A stretch of 64,000 nt of DNA from Nitrospirota bacterium (lineage in GTDB: Bacteria > Nitrospirota > JACRHJ01), in assembly GCA_963733375.1 (NCBI GenBank), contig CAVTDB010000006.1:38095-102094 (forward strand). Direction: 5' to 3'. How positions within the stretch are numbered: the stretch's first letter is position 1; each line of letters begins with the position of its first letter. The notes beneath the pieces were generated by a model. That model searched no databases, was not told the origin of the DNA, and saw only the letters and a program-made list of their open reading frames with translations. Positions 35,485 to 47,760 of the stretch are shown here, piece after piece. A program made the position numbers and the translations under genes.

Positions 35485-35841
35485 ATGAAAACCTACAAAG
35501 TATTAATTGCCGCAATCTTCGCCGTACTGGCGCTGGCGGCATACGCGATCGCGGACAAGGGTTCCGTAAAGATAACCGGCACCCCCAGTCCAACCAGTGC
35601 GCTTGATATGAAGGACGCGAGCGGAGTCCTGCACGAATACTACATCGGCCTGCACAGCCCCGGAGAAAAATGCCTCACGAAGGTAATAAAGGCGCAGTCG
35701 CTGTCCGAGGCCGTGCGCAAAGGGATCCAGTCTTGCAGGGAATGCACGGTCTATGACCTGACTGACAACTTCACCGGAAAGGGCAAAAACACCTTTGCAT
35801 GGCAGACCATGAAGTACTGCCCGATAAGCGAGACGCCATAA
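35485..35841 (+). CDS. Small exported Cys-motif protein, paralog 3
   Basis: RBS AGGAGG; MKTYKVLIAAIFAVLALAAYAIA; GLHSPGEKC-x20-CREC-TVY-DLT...C. Confidence 0.85.
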   Translation: MKTYKVLIAAIFAVLALAAYAIADKGSVKITGTPSPTSALDMKDASGVLHEYYIGLHSPGEKCLTKVIKAQSLSEAVRKGIQSCRECTVYDLTDNFTGKGKNTFAWQTMKYCPISETP

Positions 35842-35899
35842 CGAGGGATGGAAATGAAAGCGAGGCCCTTCTACTAATGACTGAAGGGATTATATTTGA

Positions 35900-36291
35900 T
35901 CTAGAGTCTAAGGCAGGTGGCGGGATTTGTCCCTGCTCGGTTGGCGGTTTTCGGCATTCTTGATGGTCCCGTACGGGTTCTCGTACCTGCGGGCGGTCAG
36001 CTATGAAAACCCGGCTTCGGGCAACCGTTCCGGGAGTCCGGACCTTCAGGGTTCCGGGATCCCGATGAGCGACTACAGCATCGGATTCCGCGATAGCTTC
36101 CGGCAAGACTCCCTGCAAGGTCAGAGGATGTACGGGCGCAAAACTCGGAGCAGGCGCTTGCATTAGCGCAAGCGGAATGCCCCACCTGCCAGGTGCGGGA
36201 CCTGACCGGCAAGCAGGTGACGGCGGAGCGCTCCGTGGAATACCACGATGCCGATGTCTTTGGCCTTCTGCCAGATGGACCTGCCTGCTAA
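35900..36291 (+). pseudogene. Frameshifted paralog 4 of the Cys-motif family (start uncertain)
   Basis: Removing single bases near 36098 and 36123 yields DYSIGFRDSSGKTPC-KVEDVRAQNSEQALALAQAE-CPTC-QVR-DLTG...C-stop at 36291. Confidence 0.75.
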
Positions 36292-36330
36292 CCGGCAAGG
36301 GTCAATAATGCTGTTATAACCTGAAATTCA

Positions 36331-36360
36331 AAAGCCTCGCTTTAAACGGGGCTTTTTTTA
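36331..36360 (+). terminator. Rho-independent terminator closing the paralog cluster
   Basis: AAAGCCTCG...CGGGGCTTTTTTT. Confidence 0.65.
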
Positions 36361-36401
36361 TTTCCATATTTTGTTTGACAAAAAAGGTGCGCCCGCTATA
36401 A

Positions 36402-37894
<1,493 letters not shown>

Positions 37895-37953
37895 GCCATT
37901 TTCGAGAAACTTCGAGGCGAAACTTTTAAGGCAGCGCGTCAACCTTTTGAAGT

Positions 37954-37989
37954 TGTCGTCCCGAGCGTTCGACTACGCTCGGGATGACA
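37954..37989. repeat. GTC.TCCCG...CGGGATGAC palindromic element
   Basis: TGTCGTCCCGAGCG-ttcgacta-CGCTCGGGATGACA; related to 47808, 62187 and 62227. Confidence 0.65.
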
Positions 37990-38137
37990 GCTTTTTCTGA
38001 AATCATCCCTTCCAAAATCCTTGTAAAACAACGCTTATTTAACTTTTATGGTTTTTTTGCTCTTGCAATCTCTCCTTTTTTGATTTATTATGAATCCTTC
38101 AATTCCATAATCTTAAAATCAGGAGGTTTTTCTCTTC

Positions 38138-39771
38138 ATGAACAGAAGCCTTACGTGGAGGATGGTCTTAGTCGCGTCGGTCGTCGCCGTCGCTCTCATA
38201 ATATTTCTTCCCAGCCTGCCCGGCGTGCGAGGCAGTCTGCCTAAGTGGTGGCCAGGCAACAGGATAAATCTTGGACTCGACCTCCAGGGCGGAATGCACC
38301 TGATTTATCAGGTGGAGTCGGACAAGGCCGTCGAGTCTTTTACCGGCCGCTTGGCGACCAACATAAAGAATACGGCCGTTGACAAAAAAATCTCAGTCGT
38401 CGATGTCAAGCAGACCTCACCCACGACCATCGAGGCCACGCTTCAGAACCCGGCGGACATGGACAAGCTTCTGTCCGTGGCAAGCGACATGGGCGTACTG
38501 GAGAAGAAGTCCCAGGAGGGAAATACCGTCATCCTTTGCCCTCAAGGCTACGGAGGCGGAGAGGATCAAAACCAGCGCCGTCTCCCAGGCGCTTGAGACG
38601 ATAAGGAACAGGATTGACCAGTTCGGCGTGGCGGAGCCGGTCATAGTCCAGCAGGGCACGGACCAGATACTCATCCAGCTACCCGGCGTCCGGGACACCC
38701 AGAGGGCGCTTGACCTGATAGGCAAGACCGCCCAGCTCGAGTTCAAGATGCTGGACGAAACCACCCAGCTTACCCCGCCGCTCCCGGATACCATCCCCGC
38801 ATCCGAGACGGACGCACTTATGGCGCAGTACAAGGACAAGATACCCGCGGGCGACGAAATACTCTTCGAGCGCGTTGTCGACCGCTCCACCGGCGCGGTA
38901 TCGAAGAGGCCCTACCTCGTAAAGAAAGACGCCATAATGTCGGGCGACGTCCTGCAGGAGGCGAGGATGGAAATAAGCCCGCAGACCAAAGGGGCTGAAG
39001 TAGCCTTCAAGCTGGACCCGACGGGCGCCAAGATATTCGACCAGGCCACGGCCGCGAACGTCGGCAAGAGGATGGCCATCATCCTGGACAACGTCGTCTA
39101 TTCCGCCCCTGTCATCCGCGAGAGGATAAGCGGCGGGAGCGGCGTGATAAGCGGCCGTTTCACTGAGGCCGAAGCGAAGGACCTCTGCCATAGTCCTCCG
39201 GGCCGGCGCGCTGCCCGCGCCTTTAAAGCCCCTTCAGAACCTTACCGTCGGGCCGACGCTGGGCAACGACTCCATCCAGTCCGGACGCAAGGCGATAATA
39301 CTGGGCACTCTCCTGGTAGTGATATTCATGGCCATTTACTATGGCTTCTCCGGCGTGATAGCGGACTTCGCGATCATGTTAAACGTGGTCGTCCTGATAG
39401 GCGCTCTGGCCCTCCTTAACGCGACCCTTACCCTCCCCGGCCTTGCTGGCATCCTGCTCACCATCGGCATGGGCGTGGATTCCAACGTCCTGATATTCGA
39501 GAGGATACGGGAGGAGCTGCATCTTGGGAAATCGGTGCGGGCTGCGATCGACGGCGGATACGACAAGGCTTTCACCACGGTCCTGGACTCGCACGTCACC
39601 ACGCTTATCACGGCGGCGGTGCTCTTCCAGTTCGGCACGGGGCCGATTAAGGGTTTCGCGGTATCGCTCTCACTGGGTATTCTAATAAACCTGTTCACCG
39701 CGCTCGTCGGGACGAAGGTCGTGTTCGACCTCTGGACATCCAAGAAAAAACTCGAGAAGCTCAGCATATAA
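38138..39771 (+). CDS. secD: Protein translocase subunit SecD (two frameshifts)
   Basis: [32 protein letters not shown] and [17 protein letters not shown]. Confidence 0.96.
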
Positions 39772-39789
39772 ATTCGGAGGCTTTTTTAA

Positions 39790-40878
39790 ATGGAACTCAT
39801 CAAGAAAACGAATATTAACTTCCTTGGCCTGAGGAAGATAGCGTTCGGCATATCGCTCACCCTCTCGCTTTTGGGCGTTATCTGTCTCGTAATGATCGCC
39901 ACGGGCCGGGCCAACATGGGCATAGACTTCTCGGGCGGAGCATCAGCCGATTTAGTGTTCGCCAAGCCGGTGCCGGTGGATAAGGCGAGGTCCGCCCTCG
40001 ATGCCGCTGGATTCAAGGACGCGGAAATACAGTCGTTCACGGATCAGACGAAGCTCCTGATCCGGGTGAAGAAGCTGAACGTCCCGGTTGGGGACGTGAT
40101 CAACCGCATCCAGGCCGCGTTTACCAAGGCGTTCCCGGACAACCCCAGCCGCGTGGATTCCAGTTCCGCCATTGGGCCGACGGTCGGCAAGTCGCTCCAG
40201 AGAGACGCCCTTCTGGCCATAATCCTGTCCTTCGCGGGCATTATCATCTACATATGGTGGCGGTTCGAGTGGAAGTTCGGCATCGCGGCGACGATAGCGA
40301 CCCTGCACGACGTGCTCGCGGTGCTCGGCGTGTTCATGATACTGCATAAGGAGATAACGCTGCTGGTCGTGACGGCGCTGCTGACGCTCGCCGGCTACTC
40401 GTTAACCGATACCGTCGTCGTCTTCGACAGGATAAGAGAGAACCTGAAGATGCGTCAGAAGGACGGCCTGATGGACATCATAAACGAGTCTATCAACGAG
40501 GTCCTTTCCCGTACGGTCGTCACTTCGCTCACGGTCTTCCTGGCCGTGCTCTCGCTCTTCATCTTCGGCGGCGAGGTCCTGCACGACTTCGCGTTCGCCA
40601 TGCTTTGCGGTGTCGTAGTCGGCACGTACTCTTCGGTATTCGTGGCCAGTCCTGTACTATACGTCTGGAGGGGCAAGAAGGGGAGCCGCCTCATCAAGGT
40701 TTCCATGCTGACAAAGCAGCCGACGAAGGAAGGCTCCGCGAAAAGCCTTGCCGCCCAGGCCCCTGCGTCCGCCGCACCTAAAATAGCCGAGCCTAAAACC
40801 ACACTCCAGACGGCATCCGCCCAGTCCAGCCCCGACAAGTCAAAAAAGGGCAAGAAAGGCAAAAAGGCCAGGGCCTAG
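39790..40878 (+). CDS. secF: Protein translocase subunit SecF (with Ala/Lys-rich C-terminal tail)
   Basis: GIDFSGG, LHDV, GYSLTDTVVVFDRIRE and GTYSSVFVA. Confidence 0.97.
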   Translation: MELIKKTNINFLGLRKIAFGISLTLSLLGVICLVMIATGRANMGIDFSGGASADLVFAKPVPVDKARSALDAAGFKDAEIQSFTDQTKLLIRVKKLNVPVGDVINRIQAAFTKAFPDNPSRVDSSSAIGPTVGKSLQRDALLAIILSFAGIIIYIWWRFEWKFGIAATIATLHDVLAVLGVFMILHKEITLLVVTALLTLAGYSLTDTVVVFDRIRENLKMRQKDGLMDIINESINEVLSRTVVTSLTVFLAVLSLFIFGGEVLHDFAFAMLCGVVVGTYSSVFVASPVLYVWRGKKGSRLIKVSMLTKQPTKEGSAKSLAAQAPASAAPKIAEPKTTLQTASAQSSPDKSKKGKKGKKARA

Positions 40879-40907
40879 GCGCGATTTAAGTTCAGGAGAG
40901 AAAAAAG

Positions 40908-42633
40908 TTGTTAGAGAAGCGGTGGATAAGGCAGGAAGCGTCTCCGTCGGTTACGGAGGCCCTTTGCTCCGAGATGGGAATATCCCTCACCGCCGCCAGG
41001 ATACTCGCCAACAGGGGCATCACCAGCAGGGAAGACGCGGACAGCTTCCTTCGCTCCTCATTGGAAGACCTCAACGAGCCTTTCCTCCTCCCGGACATGG
41101 AAAAAGCAGTCCGCAGGATAATCCACGCTATCAGAAGCGATGAGATTATCTTCATTTACGGCGACTATGACGCCGACGGCATCACCGCGACATCCCTTCT
41201 CGTAAAATTTTTCCAGGATACAGGCAAAAAAGTAGAATACTATATCCCCAAGCGGCTTGAGGACGGCTATGGGATAAGCATCGGCGCCTTGAAAAAAATA
41301 AAGGCCGCCGGGGCGTCTCTCGTCGTCACGGTTGACTGCGGCATATCTTCCGTCCTTGAGATGGAGGCCGCGAGGGCTATGGGGCTCGACGTTGTCATAA
41401 CCGACCACCACGAGCCGCCCGAGACGCTGCCGGAGGCGCTGGCGGTGGTCAACCCGTGCCTGCGCGGCTGCGGATATCCCTTTAAGGGGCTTGCCGGGGT
41501 CGGTATTGCGCTGAAGCTGGCCCAGGCGGTAAAGGCAGGGCTGGAGGGCAAAGACAAGGCCGGGCCGGGCGTGGACGATGGCCTGCGGAAGTACCTGGAC
41601 CTCGTGGCTTTAGGGACGGTCGCGGACGTGGTGCCGCTTCGCGGTGAAAACAGGATACTCGTGAAGCACGGGCTGCAACTCCTTAAGGACTCTTCGCGGG
41701 TAGGGATCAAGAAGCTTAAAGAGGTGGCGCTGGTAAAGGATGAATATTTCAGCGCGGGCACGGTCGGTTTCCAGATGGCCCCAAGGCTGAACGCGTCCGG
41801 AAGGCTGGGTGAGGCGGAGGCCGGGGTCCGGCTGCTTTTGACGGAAGACCCTGATGAAGCCGCCGCGATAGCGTCAAACTTGGACGCGCTGAACCGTGAG
41901 CGCCAGGAGATAGAGGAGAAGATACTGGACGACGCCCGGTCGATGATAGTATGCGACCCGGACTACGGCTACTGCTCGATTGTCCTTCATTCCAGCGAAT
42001 GGCATCAAGGCGTGATAGGCATCGTCGCTTCCAAGCTCGTGGAGGAATTCTACCGTCCTACGGTATTGATATCCATGGTGGACGGGACCGGGAAAGGCTC
42101 CGCGCGGGGAATCCCGGGGTTCAACCTCTACCACGGGCTGGACAAGTGCAGGGAACACCTGGAGGCATACGGCGGGCATAAGTTCGCTGCGGGGCTTTCC
42201 ATTAAAAAGGAAAACCTGGAGGTATTCAAGGAGCGGTTCGAAGCGACGGTGAAGGACGCGCTTTCGCCGGAAGATTATATACCCTGGCTTAGAATCGACA
42301 ACGATGTCAAACTTAAAGACCTGGACTGGAAGGTCTATTCGGAGATAAAGGCCATGGCGCCTTTCGGGCCGGCGAACCCGGAGCCGGTGCTCACGGGCGG
42401 CCCTTTGCAGGTAATGTACCCGAAGATAGTGGGGAGGAACCATGTCCGGATGAAACTCGGTGCAGGATGGGTACTTCCTGAACTCCATCGCGTTCAACAT
42501 GGGGAACTCCTACCAGGGCTTAGCTCAGAAAAAAGTTTTCGTCAACGCCGCCTTCTCGCTCTCCGCATCCGAATGGCAGGGAGAGAAGAGCCTCCAGCTT
42601 AACGTTAAGGACCTTCATTTCAGGCGATGCTGA
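40908..42633 (+). CDS. recJ: ssDNA-specific exonuclease RecJ (frameshift near 42465)
   Basis: YGDYDADG, TVDCG, TDHH, GTVADVVPL, PRLNASGR, GGH and PFGPANPEP. Confidence 0.96.
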
Positions 42634-44783
42634 GGTTTGAAGACATACTTGAGAAGATACAGAGCTATCAGCCGGAAGCCGACCTGGATTTCCTGCGGAT
42701 GGCCTATATCTATTCCGCAAAGGTACACCAGGGGACAAGCCGCCTCTCCGGAGAACCGTACCTCGTCCACCCTATCGAGGTCGCCGGGATACTCGCCGAA
42801 CTGAAGCTCGACTACATCACGGTCGCCAGCGGACTCCTGCACGATACAGTTGAAGACACGGACACGACGGTCGAGGAAATCGCCGAATATTTCGGGGACG
42901 AGGTCGCCTCCATCGTGGACGGCCTGACCAAGATCGCGCGGATAGAGTTCAAAACTCGCGAGGAGGCACAGGCCGAGAACTTCCGCAAAATGATACTGGC
43001 GATGTCAAAGGACATCCGGGTAATCCTCATCAAGCTCGCGGACCGCCTGCACAACATGAGGACGCTCGAACACTTAAAGCCGGAGCGCAGGAAGGCAATC
43101 GCCCAGGAGACGATGGACATTTATGCGCCGCTGGCCAACCGCCTGGGACTTGGGCGCATAAAGTGGGAGCTCGAGGACTTATGCCTGAAGTACCTGGAGC
43201 CGCAGGTTTATGAAGACCTGGTAAGCAGGATAAGCCAGAAGCGCGAAGAGCGTGAGAAGTACATTGAGGACCTCATCGCCATCGTCAAGGCCCATATGGA
43301 CAAAAGCGGCCTGCCGTGCCGCGTCCTGGGAAGGCCCAAGCACTACTACAGCATCTATCAGAAGATGCTGAAGCAGGACATCACCGTGGACGAGATGTAC
43401 GATATCACCGCGCTTCGCATCATCACGGACACCAAGACCAACTGCTACGCTATCCTCGGCATGATACACTCCCTCTGGCTGCCGGTCCCCGGGCGGTTCA
43501 AGGACTTCATCGGCGTGCCGAAATCCAACCTCTACCAGTCGCTGCATACCACCGTCATCGGCCCGAAAGGCGACCGGGTCGAGTTCCAGATACGCACGGA
43601 GGAGATGCACCGGGTGGCGGAAGAAGGCATCGCGGCGCACTGGCAGTACAAGGAAAAAGGGCGTATAGCCGAAGTGGACGAAAAGCGCTTCTCGTGGCTT
43701 CGGCAGCTCGTGGAGTACCAGCAGGAGCTGACGGACTCGAAGGAGTTCCTGGATACCGTAAAGGTAGACCTGTTCCCGGAGGTGGTTTACGTCTTTACGC
43801 CGAAGGGCGACGTGAAGGAGCTTGTGAAAGGCTCCACACCCGTGGACTTCGCATACAGCATCCATACGGACGTGGGCAACCAGTGCGTCGGCGCGAAGGT
43901 GAACGGGAAGATGGTCCCGATACGTTATGAGTTCCAGACCGGCGACACCGTGGAGATAGTGACCCAGCCGGGGCATTTCCCGTCGCGGGACTGGCTGAAG
44001 TTCGTGAAGACCTCCAAGGCAAGGACCAGGATACGGCACTGGCTGAAGCAGGAGGAAGACAAGCAGAGCATGGCGCTTGGGAAGGACCTCCTGGAGAAGG
44101 AGCTGAAGAAGAGGGACATAAACGTCCAGAAACTTTACAAATCTCAGGACTTGAGCAAGATACTCGAAGCGGCGAAGGTCGAGGACCTGGACGAGCTATA
44201 CAGCGAGATCGGTTTTGGAAAAATATCTCCGCACCAGGCGATACACGTGATACTCCCGGAAGAGGCCGTTTCCGAGGAGAAGCGCGACGAGTCGATACTC
44301 AGGAAAGTGGCCAGAAAGATTACCGCCAAGAAGGATAAAGGCGTAAGAATAAAGGGTGTTGACGACATCATGATACACTTCTCGAAATGCTGTAATCCGG
44401 TCCCCGGCGACAAGATAATCGGCTTCATCACGCGCGGCAGGGGCGTCTCCATACACTCCACGGACTGCACGAACGTCATCGACCTGGAATCGGACCGGGA
44501 CAGGATGATACCGGTGGAATGGGACCTGGAGCACCCGGTCATGCACCCGGCCAAAATTTCCGTGGCGACGGTGGACAAGCCGGGCCTTTTAGCCAATGTT
44601 TCCACGGCGATAGCCTCCGCCGATTCGAATATTTCGAGCGCGGAGATATCCACTACCGAAGACAAGCGCGCGAGCCTGAACTTTACGATAGAGATAACCG
44701 ACACGGGCCACCTGGAACGCGTGATGAAGAGGATAACGAAAGTGGACGGGGTGATAAACGTGAAAAGGGTTAAGACATCGTAG
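42627..44783 (+). CDS. rel: Bifunctional (p)ppGpp synthetase/hydrolase
   Basis: SGEPY, LHDTVED, KLADRLHNMRTL, YQSLHT and EFQIRT; TGS and ACT domains. Confidence 0.97.
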   Translation: MLRFEDILEKIQSYQPEADLDFLRMAYIYSAKVHQGTSRLSGEPYLVHPIEVAGILAELKLDYITVASGLLHDTVEDTDTTVEEIAEYFGDEVASIVDGLTKIARIEFKTREEAQAENFRKMILAMSKDIRVILIKLADRLHNMRTLEHLKPERRKAIAQETMDIYAPLANRLGLGRIKWELEDLCLKYLEPQVYEDLVSRISQKREEREKYIEDLIAIVKAHMDKSGLPCRVLGRPKHYYSIYQKMLKQDITVDEMYDITALRIITDTKTNCYAILGMIHSLWLPVPGRFKDFIGVPKSNLYQSLHTTVIGPKGDRVEFQIRTEEMHRVAEEGIAAHWQYKEKGRIAEVDEKRFSWLRQLVEYQQELTDSKEFLDTVKVDLFPEVVYVFTPKGDVKELVKGSTPVDFAYSIHTDVGNQCVGAKVNGKMVPIRYEFQTGDTVEIVTQPGHFPSRDWLKFVKTSKARTRIRHWLKQEEDKQSMALGKDLLEKELKKRDINVQKLYKSQDLSKILEAAKVEDLDELYSEIGFGKISPHQAIHVILPEEAVSEEKRDESILRKVARKITAKKDKGVRIKGVDDIMIHFSKCCNPVPGDKIIGFITRGRGVSIHSTDCTNVIDLESDRDRMIPVEWDLEHPVMHPAKISVATVDKPGLLANVSTAIASADSNISSAEISTTEDKRASLNFTIEITDTGHLERVMKRITKVDGVINVKRVKTS

Positions 44784-44950
44784 TTTAGCCCACCGCGGCG
44801 CCCAGTGGTGACCCACCGGCAGTCCCCAGCCCCCTCTCCCAGAGGTGGGCGAGGGGGATTAGGTAGGAGATTAATTCGGGACGAGGTGGCTTGCGGAGCA
44901 TAAGGGAACGAAGAGATTAAGGGACTTCCCCCGTTGAACCTGGAGATTAT

Positions 44951-45361
44951 ATGCCCAGAGATATTATAAAAACACTCCGCGCCCCTGCCGCAATCGGCGC
45001 ATACTCCCAGGCGGTGCGGGCAGGCGATTTCGTGTTTGTTTCCGGGCAGATACCGCTAAACCCGGAGACGGGCGAGGTGGTATTTTCGGACATAAAGGAG
45101 CAGACCGAGCGCATCCTCGTGAACATCCGCAACATCCTCCAGGAGGCCGGGATGGGCCTTGAGGACGTAGTGAAAACAACGGTTTACCTGATGCTTATGG
45201 ACGATTTCTCGCGGGTCAACGAGGTGTACTCCCGGTTCTTCGGAGAGAATCCTCCCGCGAGGGCGGTGGTCGAGGTTTCGCGGCTTCCGAAGGACGTGGC
45301 GATAGAGATTGAGGCGATTGCGTATAAAAAACCGACGGTTATCCCGTGCGAAGTCGAGTAA
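44951..45361 (+). CDS. ridA: RidA family reactive-intermediate deaminase
   Basis: [26 protein letters not shown] and IEIEAIA. Confidence 0.93.
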   Translation: MPRDIIKTLRAPAAIGAYSQAVRAGDFVFVSGQIPLNPETGEVVFSDIKEQTERILVNIRNILQEAGMGLEDVVKTTVYLMLMDDFSRVNEVYSRFFGENPPARAVVEVSRLPKDVAIEIEAIAYKKPTVIPCEVE

Positions 45362-45783
45362 TCCGCAAAATAGACCGTCATTTTCCGAAAAAGGCGTGAA
45401 TCCGGCGTTTTTCCCCAATTTTTGCCAAAAAAATACCTTTAGTTTTCAAATAGTTAGAAAATCAAAAACCGAATTTCCGGAAAAGGTCTGCAAATGGGCG
45501 TAACTCATTTTAAAATAAAGTAAAAAGTCCCTCCGGCCCCCTGAAATCGCATGTCTCGAAAACCCCTCCCGGACCCCCTTAAATGGCGTCGTTCCCCTGA
45601 ACAGCGTCACGAATTCGATACCGGATAAAATTTGTCGATTTTTTCGAGGATACTTAAATAAATGTGAGCCGATGATGGCTTGGCCGATTAAGCAGGAGGA
45701 GCTATTAAGAGAGAAAAAATATGGGATTTGTACTAACAAAAAAGGGGTGGAATGATATAATAAAAAAATTAACTGAGGCGACT

Positions 45784-46601
45784 ATGAATCATTCCAAAGG
45801 GAATAAAAAACCGGAAAAAAGAAAGCGCTACATTTTAATTGCATAATTGGAGAGCTAACGAAGAAGCTTTATTAATTATTGCATTTAATTTTTAAATGAT
45901 CTCAACTATCGGAATAATTCACGATCTACTTCAAAATTTATTAAATCGGCTGTTATGAATGTTACCACCAACGGTTGGAATTGACTTTCCCATAAAATAA
46001 ATAAGATGGCGGCGATTATAAAAAGAGCAGTAAAATATCTGAATGCAGCGATTTTTCTTAATCCTAAAAATGAACACGCATATCGTCAAAGGAGCTGATG
46101 ATGAAATCCACTTAGGTAATTATGGAATGGCCGTTGATGATTATAATAAAGCTATTCGATTAAATCCGGAAAATTTTAAAAGTTATGATGACAGGGGTAT
46201 TTTATACCTCTATATGCGCAATTATTCGGCGGCCATTGTTGATTTCAATAAATCCATTGAACTGAACTCGCAATATAGCAGAGTATATGTTGGAAGAAGT
46301 CGGGGCATATTATCAGATGGGCAATTATTCGGCTGCCCTTGCTGATGATAATAAAGCTCTTAAGATAGATCCACAATATGCTAAAGGAAATGCAGATAGA
46401 GGTTACACATATTTCGCCATGCAAAATTTTGAAAAAGCATTGCCCGACTTTAAGCAAGCCGTTGCTCTCGATCCGAGTCTGGGGGAGGAATGGAAAAGAT
46501 TGAATGTACGGATTATTGAAGCAGAAAAAAGACCCATTCTCGCGTGTGTACCAGCAAGAATCGGAAATAAAAAACCCGCCCCAAAATTGAGCGGGTTTTA
46601 A
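45784..46601 (+). pseudogene. AT-rich TPR-repeat gene, fragmented
   Basis: TPR repeats (GNYGMAVDDYNKAIRLNP, NYSAAIVDFNKSIELN, NFEKALPDFKQAVALDP) over ORFs 46043-46345 and 46287-46601; upstream ATG 45784 with early stops. Confidence 0.65.
46565..46599. repeat. Terminator-like repeat, copy 1
   Basis: AAATAAAAAACCCGCCCCAAAATTGAGCGGGTTTT. Confidence 0.85.
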
Positions 46602-46685
46602 TTTTTAAAGTCGTTAGGGTGATATACTTTAAGTAAAGCTGTTGTCCTGAAGCAAGTAAACGCGGGTTTCAGCGAGGGCATTATC

Positions 46686-46973
46686 ATGGACGAAGGACAA
46701 AGAAATAACATTACCATGGAGTCGCTGGCAACGGTGCTGGGCGGGGCATTTCTTATCAATGTTGCAATCGTGTTGTTGTGGTTTTGCTTGACAACATTCA
46801 TGCCGGAAGGGCTTTATAGCATAATTGAAAAGTGGTTCGCTGTTAACAGGCATGAGTTTGATTTGGTAAATTACGCCGGTATTGCATTTATGAAGTTACT
46901 CAATATTGTATTTTTTCTCTCTCCCTATCTGTCCATAAAGTTGTGGTTACGAAAGAAGAAACTGAATGGCTGA
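46686..46973 (+). CDS. Small membrane protein, DUF6868-like
   Basis: IN..I.LLWF...WF.V...FD..NY.GIA..K....VFF..PY pattern; family from recall. Confidence 0.65.
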   Translation: MDEGQRNNITMESLATVLGGAFLINVAIVLLWFCLTTFMPEGLYSIIEKWFAVNRHEFDLVNYAGIAFMKLLNIVFFLSPYLSIKLWLRKKKLNG

Positions 46974-46986
46974 GCCTCCTTTTTTC

Positions 46987-47030
46987 GGGAGCGACAAATA
47001 AAAAACCCGCCCAAAATTGAGCGGGTTTTT
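46987..47030. repeat. Terminator-like repeat, copy 2
   Basis: GGGAGCGACAAATAAAAAACCCGCCCAAAATTGAGCGGGTTTTT. Confidence 0.85.
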
Positions 47031-47133
47031 ATTTTGATTGACTACTTAAACTATTTATGAGCAAATACGTCTCGGATTTTTCTTTCATCCGGCAATAGCC
47101 CGGGGCAAGGCAAAAAAAAGGAAATAATTAAGC

Positions 47134-47760
47134 ATGGTGTCCCCGGTATCCCCAAAAGATTTTTCATATACAAAGACCTTCTGGTCGCCAAATAAGCTTT
47201 ACCGCGCCCTGGAGAAACATGCCAGGGAAAATAATCTGGCGGTCGTCGATGTAGGCTGCGGGCGGCGGAAGTTCCAAGGCGCAACCGGCATTGATATGCG
47301 TACAAACTCTTCTGCCGACGTACAGCACGACCTGAACACTTATCCTTATCCCCTGGAGAACGATGAATACGATATAGTGCTTTGCAGGCACGTCCTGGAA
47401 CATCTGGAAGACGTTCCGGCGGCCATCGAGGAGTTTTACAGGATAGCCAAACCGGGAGGGATAGTTTTAATCGAGGTGCCTCACTTCACGCATCCGGAGG
47501 CGTTCAGGCACTGGCAGCACAAGCACTTCTTTACGTTAGGATCGCTCGATTATTTCGGGCCTGGAAACCAGCACTACAAGACAAGCCTTCAGATGATAAA
47601 AAAATATATCTACATCCATGACCTGTTCAGGATGATCGGCCTGGAATGGCTGTTTAACAGGTTCTCGGGCTGGTACGAGAGACATGCGGCTTTTATCTTT
47701 CAGGCAAGCTGTATTTTGTACGTCATGAAGGCGGACAAAAGGACGGGGAGCGGCAAATAA
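47134..47760 (+). CDS. Class I SAM-dependent methyltransferase
   Basis: VVDVGCG, HDLN..PYP, HVLEHL and RIAKPGG.V.IEVPH. Confidence 0.88.
   Translation: MVSPVSPKDFSYTKTFWSPNKLYRALEKHARENNLAVVDVGCGRRKFQGATGIDMRTNSSADVQHDLNTYPYPLENDEYDIVLCRHVLEHLEDVPAAIEEFYRIAKPGGIVLIEVPHFTHPEAFRHWQHKHFFTLGSLDYFGPGNQHYKTSLQMIKKYIYIHDLFRMIGLEWLFNRFSGWYERHAAFIFQASCILYVMKADKRTGSGK

Noticed and set aside
34695-35841. c-type cytochromes
   Set aside because: The CxxC motifs are followed by A, V or T rather than His, so there is no CxxCH.
35850-36300. Possible tmRNA or other large ncRNA in the apparently ORF-poor gap
   Set aside because: There are no tRNA-like ends; the region is better explained as a frameshifted fourth Cys-motif paralog.
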